Assembly: GCA_963676105.1 (NCBI GenBank)
Contig: OY781039.1
Location: forward strand, 1,380,001 to 1,412,000
Direction of reading: 5' to 3'
Source of the DNA: Erysipelotrichaceae bacterium
GTDB taxonomy: Bacteria; Bacillota_I; Bacilli_A; Erysipelotrichales; Erysipelotrichaceae
DNA length: 32,000 nucleotides
Within the stretch, counting starts at the first letter, position 1; the number at the start of each line of letters is the position of its first letter. The position numbers were made by a program, and so were the translations under genes. This document shows, piece after piece, positions 1 to 6,797 of this stretch. The notes under the pieces are model-generated. The model was not told where the DNA came from. It was given only the letters and a program-made list of their open reading frames with translations, and did no database searches.

Positions 1-1
1 T

Positions 2-502
2 AAACGCATGCTTGAAGCAAGTACACAAGTAAATGTTGGACCTATGGCTTGTGTGGCAGGTATTACTTCAGAATATCTAGTAAAAGCAATACAAGAAGAG
101 TTTAATGTCGTAAATATCTTAGCTGAAAACGGCGGAGACATTTATATCGACGGAAGTAGCGATAAAACCATTTCCATCTATGCTGGACAATCACCTTTAA
201 GTAATCAACTTGCATTAAAGATAAACAAAGAAGATCTACCTACATCAATTTGCACCTCTTCCGGTACGGTTGGTCATTCATTCTCATATGGAAAAGCAGA
301 TGCGGTTGTTGTGGTATCTAAAGATAGTGCATTAGCTGATGCGAGTGCCACAGCTCTTGCTAATTTTATACAAAAAAAAGAAGATATTAAAGAAGTGATC
401 AATCAAGCAAGCTCAATTCAAAACTTAAATTCAATTGTCATAATTAAAGATGATCAGATTGGTTATACTCCAAATACTAATTTAATAAAAAGTCCAAAAT
501 AA
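2..502 (+). CDS. UPF0280/ApbE-superfamily-like protein, 3' part (gene enters from left edge)
   Basis: The frame is open from nt 2 to TAA 500-502, so the ATG at 8 is probably internal. The GPMACVAG segment and overall pattern resemble UPF0280 proteins by eye (not searched). Confidence 0.55.
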   Translation, partial: KRMLEASTQVNVGPMACVAGITSEYLVKAIQEEFNVVNILAENGGDIYIDGSSDKTISIYAGQSPLSNQLALKINKEDLPTSICTSSGTVGHSFSYGKADAVVVVSKDSALADASATALANFIQKKEDIKEVINQASSIQNLNSIVIIKDDQIGYTPNTNLIKSPK

Positions 503-520
503 AGACCACTAATGTGGTCT
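503..520. terminator. Bidirectional intrinsic terminator between convergent genes
   Basis: Perfect hairpin AGACCAC-taat-GTGGTCT. It is flanked by an A-rich run upstream and atttcttt downstream, so it is U-rich in both directions. It overlaps the TAG of the minus-strand HAD gene. Confidence 0.6.
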
Positions 521-1073
521 ATTTCTTTGGCCAATCTTTTATTTCTTGTCCTAAAACTAAGTAAGCTTTCTCACTTATATCAGCTAATGGACTATCTGAC
601 AAAGAATCTGAATAGAATGATTCAATATTCGCATCAGGATATTGTTCCCTAAATCGTTTAACCTTTTCTGCTCCATAACAATTCTCTTGAGAGAATCCTG
701 TTTTCGCATCAACTCTTGAAGCAATAAGTTTAACACCTAGCTGATCACAGATTGGGTTAAGCAGAACTTCAGGTGACGCTGATATGATGACATCAGACTC
801 ATCTTTTTGTTTGAGATAAAAATCATTAATTTTTGAAAATCGACTTTCCCAAAATTCTTTTGCATTTTTTTCAACATCAATCATCTTGAAATAGGAATAA
901 AAAACAATTTTCATTTCTGTTTTTGGGATTAGTTTTAACTTGTATTTAAGTGCTGCTATGGCCATACTTAACCAGTAAATCGAAATACTTGGTTTTCTTT
1001 TTAAGTTATAGAGGTAAAACTCTACTGAACTATCCTGAGGATAGATCGTTTTATCAAAGTCATATACGTTCAT
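519..1073 (-). CDS. HAD superfamily hydrolase, subfamily IB-like
   Basis: Motif I is DFDKT at the N-terminus (MNVYDFDKT), followed by SASP and an SDSLSD acidic motif. The start is set at ATG 1071-1073, because the track ATG at 1109 lies inside the upstream hairpin. Confidence 0.8.
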   Translation of the reverse strand: MNVYDFDKTIYPQDSSVEFYLYNLKRKPSISIYWLSMAIAALKYKLKLIPKTEMKIVFYSYFKMIDVEKNAKEFWESRFSKINDFYLKQKDESDVIISASPEVLLNPICDQLGVKLIASRVDAKTGFSQENCYGAEKVKRFREQYPDANIESFYSDSLSDSPLADISEKAYLVLGQEIKDWPKK

Positions 1074-1079
1074 ACTCGT

Positions 1080-1085
1080 ATTATA
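1080..1085 (-). promoter_or_regulatory. Candidate -10 box (TATAAT) 6 nt upstream of the HAD ATG (possible leaderless mRNA)
   Basis: The minus strand reads GGTTATAATacgagtATG. There is no Shine-Dalgarno between the box and the ATG, and no good -35. Confidence 0.35.
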
Positions 1086-1102
1086 ACCTATGCAATTAAA
1101 AA

Positions 1103-1116
1103 GGAGCATGCGCTCC
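1103..1116 (-). terminator. Short GC-rich hairpin plus T5 directly after the YdjC-like gene
   Basis: The minus strand reads TAGGAGCgcatGCTCCTTTTT. The stem is 5 bp, the loop 4 nt, followed by a U5 tract. It overlaps the stop codon at 1116-1118. Confidence 0.45.
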
Positions 1117-1949
1117 TACATAAATTTATACAAATCTTGATAAGTAATTAACTCAATATCATTTTCTTCAATCCACTTTAATAATTCAGGTGAAGTCATC
1201 ATTTGATGGTCACGCATTCTTTCAAGTGATAAAGTCGTCCATTCAAAAAGTTCAGCATCTACATAACCAGGATGCCCCATAATCGCAAACAATTCTTTAT
1301 CTAAAAAATAATCTGCATTATCTAAAACCATTTTTAATGGGTTTTTATTGATTTGAGCTATAGGATCAAAAACCTTTTTATTTAAACTTGAATTACTCAT
1401 ATCTATATTTTTATCTTTCATTAAATCCATAAAAGATACTAAACCAACTTTTTCCCATAGATCCATAGAAAAAGGAAGACCTTCTTCTTCACCCACTTTG
1501 CGAATCGCATCTAAGTAATTTTCATGCATTAATGAGTGTGCATGTAAATAACCAGGTTTTTCACCAACCAATCTTACATACTTATTATATTGTGCTCGAA
1601 TTTCTTTATAGACTTCTTCAAAAGGAAATAATGCTCTTCTTCCTTCTTCAGTTTTAAATTCTTCTTTAGCCATCGTTGTTCCTGACTTAATAAAGTTACC
1701 ATTTTCATCCACTAAATGTGGAATATCTTTTGGATTAGAGACTGATGGACCTGCCACAATATTAAAATCAATACCAAAACAAGCTTGTGGTCTATCTTTT
1801 ATAAAAGATACTGCCCATTCAGCAATTGGCATATTTATGAATATCCCTGTATTTCTTAAGACACCGTTATCAATCGCATCTAAAATCCCGTAGGTGACAG
1901 CTTTTGTAAAACCATAATCATCCCCTTGTGTTAATGCTTTGTTTTTCAT
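1116..1949 (-). CDS. ChbG/YdjC-family carbohydrate deacetylase
   Basis: The N-terminal GDDYGFT...GILDAIDNGVL and the later HAHS His cluster are typical of the YdjC family. The gene follows the upstream CDS with a 1-nt gap. Confidence 0.85.
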   Translation of the reverse strand: MKNKALTQGDDYGFTKAVTYGILDAIDNGVLRNTGIFINMPIAEWAVSFIKDRPQACFGIDFNIVAGPSVSNPKDIPHLVDENGNFIKSGTTMAKEEFKTEEGRRALFPFEEVYKEIRAQYNKYVRLVGEKPGYLHAHSLMHENYLDAIRKVGEEEGLPFSMDLWEKVGLVSFMDLMKDKNIDMSNSSLNKKVFDPIAQINKNPLKMVLDNADYFLDKELFAIMGHPGYVDAELFEWTTLSLERMRDHQMMTSPELLKWIEENDIELITYQDLYKFM

Positions 1950-1950
1950 G

Positions 1951-3135
1951 TTATTTCCCCATTTCTAGCATTTCCATATTAAACAAATCAGTATCAGAAT
2001 CTAAATCAAAAATCTTATGACCTTTTACATAAGTTTCAAGCACTTTAAAATCTTTATCTACAATAATAAAGTCAGCATCTTTCCCAACGGTTAATGAACC
2101 TTTTGAGTCTCCAACACTGTATTTACGACTAGGATTAAGAGATGCCATTTGCATAACATCAACAATTGGAATATTTAATTTTGTGACTAAGTTCTTAATC
2201 CCAAAGATGACTGGCTGAGTGGATCCCATCAAGCGTCCTGTATCTGTTAGGCAATAGCCCTCTTCTGTAACATTTGCATACATATCTTTAAACATGAGAT
2301 ATTTGCCAACAGGTGCTCCAGATAATGGTGTACAATCTGATATCATCATAAACCGACTTTTATCTTTGATTTTGAAATACAAATCAATCATTTCTAAACT
2401 AACATGCATTCCATCACAAATAATTTCGCAGTCTACATTTGGATGAGTTAATGCAGCACCTAATCCACCAATATCACGGTGATGTAAACCTGTCATAACA
2501 TTACCTGTATGAGTTGAAACTGTAATTCCTTGATCAAAAGCTTTTTTAGCTTCTTCATAACCTAAATCACTATGGGCGTAGGCAATAGTAATCCCTTCAG
2601 ATAAGAAGTAATCTCTGATCTTATCTATCCCTTCAATTTCAGGAGCTAAAGCAACTAATTTTAATTGTCCTTTAGCTTCTTTAACCATCTTTTTTGCGGT
2701 AGCTAAACTAACTTCTGGCCAACCTGTTTTTATCCCTTTTTCACCAACGCGATTCAACCAAGGCCCTTCAGAATGGATTCCGCGAATTTGTGCTCCTTCA
2801 TCCATCTTAGATAAATCAGCTATTGCAGAAAACATACTAATATCAGCAGTTGGTAGAATTGATGTCACACCTTGACTAGCTAAACCTTTTAGATAGCCTT
2901 TAACTGTTTCAATATCTTTTTCTTTATTCACTGATTCCATTAAATTAAATCCAAATACACCATGATTATGAGTATCGAATATTCCTGGTAATATCATTGA
3001 ATCTTTTAAATCAACTATTTCTTTAGCATCAGTTTTTGATGATACTGATTTAATAATTCCATTTTCTACTTTTAAATAACCATCAATCACTTGATGTTCG
3101 CAAACAATTTGCTTTGACTTATAAACTGTAATCAT
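1951..3135 (-). CDS. nagA: N-acetylglucosamine/galactosamine-6-phosphate deacetylase (NagA/AgaA family amidohydrolase)
   Basis: 394 aa with PGIFDTHNHG metal-binding start, HSEGPW and AHS motifs, as in NagA. It overlaps the upstream gene by ATGA. Confidence 0.85.
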   Translation of the reverse strand: MITVYKSKQIVCEHQVIDGYLKVENGIIKSVSSKTDAKEIVDLKDSMILPGIFDTHNHGVFGFNLMESVNKEKDIETVKGYLKGLASQGVTSILPTADISMFSAIADLSKMDEGAQIRGIHSEGPWLNRVGEKGIKTGWPEVSLATAKKMVKEAKGQLKLVALAPEIEGIDKIRDYFLSEGITIAYAHSDLGYEEAKKAFDQGITVSTHTGNVMTGLHHRDIGGLGAALTHPNVDCEIICDGMHVSLEMIDLYFKIKDKSRFMMISDCTPLSGAPVGKYLMFKDMYANVTEEGYCLTDTGRLMGSTQPVIFGIKNLVTKLNIPIVDVMQMASLNPSRKYSVGDSKGSLTVGKDADFIIVDKDFKVLETYVKGHKIFDLDSDTDLFNMEMLEMGK

Positions 3136-4070
3136 TTTTCAACCCCTTGAAATGATTTAAAAATACCATTTCTAATATTTATTAATCGCTCTACATTTAC
3201 ATCATAATCTTTTTTAGTACGTGTATTTTCTAAAACAAGATCATTATTATATCGATCCCCACTTACCAACATCATGCCTGACGGGAAATATGAAAATATC
3301 TGATTTTCAGAACTTTCTTCTTTATAGGCTTTGAGTGTAATGTCAGTTTTAAAGTTTTCGATAAATTCTTGAGCGTTTCTTTCAAATTTATGTGATGTTG
3401 CGAGCGCAAGTATTTCTCCACTCGCTAAACCATCCAGTATCAATGTTTTAGTATGTGTGGGAATGAGATTTTGTTCTCTAATATCCTTATAACCTTCCAT
3501 GCCAGATGATGCTTTATCTACTAGAACAAAAGCAACCTTATTTTTCAAACTTTTTTCTTTCAATAAATCAATAATTACTACAAGTGACGCAGAATTACGA
3601 TTATGATTAAATCGATTAGGATAACCTGTCATCAGCTTGAATAATTGAGTAAATACAATAAAACTTATCCCCCAAACGATTGTTTTTAATATCCATGATT
3701 TCCACATCACAGTATTCGATACCAAAACATATAAACCAATAAACAAAATTGAGCTGACAATGACTTGTAAAACTAAATTCAGTTGATCTGTTGAAAAATT
3801 CTTTTCTTGTTTAAAAGGATAATATTTTTGATTTGGTAATAATAACTTTGTAGGTGTATCATACGCAGCCATAACCACATGTTTAGCTTTCTTTAAATCG
3901 CCAATAACCATGTGTGAATTAATAAACCCAAATTTCTTCTTATTGAAGAATTCTATATCCCAATCATATGATTGTGCAATTTTAGAAACTTCTTCTATAA
4001 ATAATTGTTTTTGTTTTTTAGTATTTCTTTTACCTAAAGTAATACCGAAATGTAATATGAGATCTTTCAT
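3132..4070 (-). CDS. Membrane-anchored protein of unknown function with degenerate M28-aminopeptidase-like motifs
   Basis: 312 aa with a GGAGG RBS. Two central hydrophobic helices are LVLQVIVSSILFIGLYVLV and ILKTIVWGISFIVFTQLFKLM. The flanking soluble parts resemble the M28 fold, but the metal ligands are substituted (see findings). Confidence 0.8.
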   Translation of the reverse strand: MKDLILHFGITLGKRNTKKQKQLFIEEVSKIAQSYDWDIEFFNKKKFGFINSHMVIGDLKKAKHVVMAAYDTPTKLLLPNQKYYPFKQEKNFSTDQLNLVLQVIVSSILFIGLYVLVSNTVMWKSWILKTIVWGISFIVFTQLFKLMTGYPNRFNHNRNSASLVVIIDLLKEKSLKNKVAFVLVDKASSGMEGYKDIREQNLIPTHTKTLILDGLASGEILALATSHKFERNAQEFIENFKTDITLKAYKEESSENQIFSYFPSGMMLVSGDRYNNDLVLENTRTKKDYDVNVERLINIRNGIFKSFQGVEK

Positions 4071-4089
4071 TCAACCTCCAAAATAATAA

Positions 4090-4111
4090 GGGAGAATCCT
4101 TTGATTCTCCC
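4090..4111 (-). terminator. Intra-operon hairpin/terminator between EIID and downstream genes
   Basis: The minus strand reads GGGAGAATC-aaag-GATTCTCCC followed by TTATTATTTT. The U-tract runs straight into the GGAGG RBS of the next gene. Confidence 0.55.
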
Positions 4112-4124
4112 CTTAACTTCAATC

Positions 4125-4940
4125 TTAGAAAATCCCGAAAGCGGCTAAGATAATAGAACCAAACATAATACCTAAGACAAGCGTAATAGGTTTGAAACCT
4201 TTTTTAATTAAACTAACTAAGAAGAATAATAAGCCAACTGATAAGATACCCGGCATGATAGCTTCTAATGTATCTAAAACAACAACGGATGTATCACCCA
4301 CAATGATTGTCCAAGATAAACCAACATTAACCATTTGTGCAACCATAGCACCAACCATTGTTAAACCAACAATAGCAGCTGATTTAGTAAGAGCAGACAT
4401 TAATCCGGATTGGAAGACACTATCAATGAAAGTTGTCCCCATTGTATACCCAATACGTAATAAATAGTATTTAGCAATGGCTTGTCCACCACCATATAAT
4501 AAGATAAAGATAATAACACCTAGGAAACTACCTTGTGATGCTAAACCAATCGCAATACCTGCGGCAATAACACGAATAACGTTGAAGAAGAAACTATCCC
4601 CGATACCGGCTGTAGGTCCCATCAATGCGACTTTGATATTTTCAATCGTTTCGTCATTAACTGAACCTTTCTCAATTTTTTCTTTTTCCATCGCGTAAAC
4701 TAAACCAGCAATGAAGTTAAACATAACTGCATGAGTATTAAAGAAGTTAGTGTGACGTTTTAAAGCTGCTTTACGTTCTTCATCATCTTCATATAATGCA
4801 TTAATAGCTGGAGATAATGTTAATGCGAAAGAGCTACTTTCCATCTTAACCATATTAAATCCTGCAAAGACAGTTCCAGAGAAGAGGAACATTTTATTTA
4901 GAATTCTATTTTCTTCTTTTGTATATTGATATTTAGCCAT
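4125..4940 (-). CDS. PTS mannose/fructose/sorbose-family EIID component
   Basis: 271 aa, multi-TM, with a characteristic IID N-terminal cytoplasmic segment (RILNKMF...FNTH). It is adjacent to IIC with a 1-nt overlap. Confidence 0.95.
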   Translation of the reverse strand: MAKYQYTKEENRILNKMFLFSGTVFAGFNMVKMESSSFALTLSPAINALYEDDEERKAALKRHTNFFNTHAVMFNFIAGLVYAMEKEKIEKGSVNDETIENIKVALMGPTAGIGDSFFFNVIRVIAAGIAIGLASQGSFLGVIIFILLYGGGQAIAKYYLLRIGYTMGTTFIDSVFQSGLMSALTKSAAIVGLTMVGAMVAQMVNVGLSWTIIVGDTSVVVLDTLEAIMPGILSVGLLFFLVSLIKKGFKPITLVLGIMFGSIILAAFGIF

Positions 4941-5728
4941 TAGAAGAAGTCCTCACTTTCTGATCCAGCTTTTGCCATTGAATTTTTCAGATCAATAAAT
5001 TTCTTTTCGTTATAGAAATAACCAACTGCAACAATTAACGCTAAGATTGCAATTGCGAGTGTAGGTAAACTGAGGTATTTAGCTAACACAAATCCTGCAA
5101 AGAAATAAATCCCAACTTCTTTGTTCCAAATCATTGATGTAATGATTGCGAAACCAACTGCGGTCATCATACCACTCGCTTTACCTAACCCCGTCATGAT
5201 AAAGACTGGTAATGAACCTAAGAATGCATTTAGCGATTCAACGCCATATGCTATCGCTAAGTATAATGCGATCATTGAACCAATACGTGCAATAAACATA
5301 TCAAATAGAACTAATTGAATACCGAAAACTTTCATATTCCCTTTTTCTGCTAGGCGTTCCCAATATGGAGCCATACCTGCGAAAATCGAGAATAACAAAC
5401 CGTTAAGTGAAGCCATAATTGTACCAATAGGTAATGCGATCGCTAGACCAGCTTCAACTTCACCTCCGGTTAAAATTGTGTAAGATACTGAAATAAGAGC
5501 ACTTGTGAGTGCGTCAGCAGGAACAGATCCTCCAATTGGAGAAATTCCCATAAAAATCGCTTCTAATGCAGCACCCATCACAATTCCAGTGTGGAAATCC
5601 CCCAATAGCGCACCAATAAATGGAGCAATAACAATCGGTCTTGTGAAGACTTGGAATGACGTAAACGTCATATCAAGTGCTGATAGAATAAAATAAGCTA
5701 AAACAACTAATAGAGCACTTTGAGCCAT
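4940..5728 (-). CDS. PTS mannose-family EIIC component
   Basis: 262 aa polytopic membrane protein in the IIB-IIC-IID gene order. Confidence 0.95.
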   Translation of the reverse strand: MAQSALLVVLAYFILSALDMTFTSFQVFTRPIVIAPFIGALLGDFHTGIVMGAALEAIFMGISPIGGSVPADALTSALISVSYTILTGGEVEAGLAIALPIGTIMASLNGLLFSIFAGMAPYWERLAEKGNMKVFGIQLVLFDMFIARIGSMIALYLAIAYGVESLNAFLGSLPVFIMTGLGKASGMMTAVGFAIITSMIWNKEVGIYFFAGFVLAKYLSLPTLAIAILALIVAVGYFYNEKKFIDLKNSMAKAGSESEDFF

Positions 5729-5758
5729 AAATAATTCCTTTCTTTAACTTTTGAATTT

Positions 5759-6250
5759 TTATTTAAAGATACGGGTAACATCTTCACTGCTAGACTCTGG
5801 GGTTACTTGATAAATGCATTTGAGTCCAGTTGCAATGAGTTTGCGGAATTCCTCAACTTCCACATCATTGCAGTAGATGTGTGCCCCGTAGGCTTTACGT
5901 GGGTGATCGGGTAATGGAGGAGCGATTCTTCCATAATTTCCTAAATTAATATAAGGAATACCCTCAACAGCTGATACAAACTTGAATGCATCAGTTGGAC
6001 TATTGACTAAAACCATTATTTTGAATTTTTCAGCGCGAGGATCATTCGCTAGCTTAATTGACTCTTCAATAGTTTTAATAACTGTTTTGATTCCTGCAGG
6101 TGCAGCCATCATGAGTGATTTCTGAATGATTGGATTTGCTGCTGCTGCATCATTTGCGACAATAATGTGATCAACACCTGTAAGCTTTGACCACTTAATC
6201 GCAATTTGTCCATGTATTAAACGTTCGTCTATTCTAAAAAATGTGATCAT
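5759..6250 (-). CDS. PTS mannose/sorbose-family EIIB component
   Basis: The N-terminal RIDERLIHGQ motif carries the phosphorylatable His. The RBS is AGGAGG. Confidence 0.95.
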   Translation of the reverse strand: MITFFRIDERLIHGQIAIKWSKLTGVDHIIVANDAAAANPIIQKSLMMAAPAGIKTVIKTIEESIKLANDPRAEKFKIMVLVNSPTDAFKFVSAVEGIPYINLGNYGRIAPPLPDHPRKAYGAHIYCNDVEVEEFRKLIATGLKCIYQVTPESSSEDVTRIFK

Positions 6251-6262
6251 AAAATTTCCTCC

Positions 6263-6676
6263 TTAGAAAAAGTCATCACTTTTGTTACTTTTTTCTTCTA
6301 ATTCAACAACTGTCATTGCATTACGTGCATTTTCGACAAGTGCTGTAATTTGTTCTTTGCTTAAAACTTCATCCCCACTAGCAACTAGTTCTAACACTAG
6401 TGCTAAATTCACACCTGCGATTAGATGTGTATGTGGTTTCTCAAGTTCTAAAAACATTTGTGAGTTAACACTTCCACCATATAAGTCAGACAGTAAAAAG
6501 ACTTGATCATCTTCATTTACATCTTTAAAGAAATCATCAAGGGCATCTTTTACATTTGTTTCATCCAAATACGCGTCAAAGAAAGTCACCTTATCAGTAT
6601 TTCCAATGAGTATGTTTAATGATGATTGAATACCCGTAGCCATCTTCCCATGACTTGATATAAAAATTTTTCTCAT
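6263..6676 (-). CDS. PTS mannose-family EIIA component
   Basis: The N-terminal KIFISSHGKMATG has the conserved His. 137 aa, with a GGAG RBS. Confidence 0.9.
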   Translation of the reverse strand: MRKIFISSHGKMATGIQSSLNILIGNTDKVTFFDAYLDETNVKDALDDFFKDVNEDDQVFLLSDLYGGSVNSQMFLELEKPHTHLIAGVNLALVLELVASGDEVLSKEQITALVENARNAMTVVELEEKSNKSDDFF

Positions 6677-6711
6677 TCAATTCTCCGTTTCCCAAAACTA
6701 TCATAAAATCT

Positions 6712-6726
6712 AGTAATCGCTTTCAA
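6712..6726 (-). promoter_or_regulatory. Candidate catabolite-responsive element (cre)
   Basis: The minus strand TTGAAAGCGATTACT fits every defined position of the cre consensus WTGNAANCGNWNNCW. It lies 36-50 nt upstream of the EIIA ATG and overlaps a -35-like TTGAAA. Confidence 0.55.
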
Positions 6727-6745
6727 AAGTCATTATTAAAACACA

Positions 6746-6769
6746 AAAAAAGTGCAATTACACTTTTTT
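6746..6769. terminator. AT-rich hairpin after the PRD regulator gene (copy 1 of the AAGTGCAA...ACACT element)
   Basis: AAAAAAGTG-caatta-CACTTTTTT has a 9-bp stem, mostly A-U, and is symmetric with A and T runs. Confidence 0.4.
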
Positions 6770-6787
6770 GTACTTTTATAAGTGCAA
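6768..6787. promoter_or_regulatory. Imperfect TTGTAC-N8-GTGCAA palindrome (11/12 match to the module B operator-like motif)
   Basis: It has the same N8 geometry as the three perfect copies at 21389, 23421 and 25177. It lies upstream of the PTS-1 promoter region. Confidence 0.3.
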
Positions 6788-6797
6788 AATAGTAACA

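Noticed and set aside
4192-5696. Plus-strand ORFs 4192-4467, 4477-4698, 5121-5318 and 5505-5696, antisense to EIID/EIIC
   Set aside because: They lie wholly inside strongly supported PTS membrane genes, have Pro/Ile/Thr-rich low-complexity translations typical of the mirror frame of hydrophobic genes, and have no RBS.
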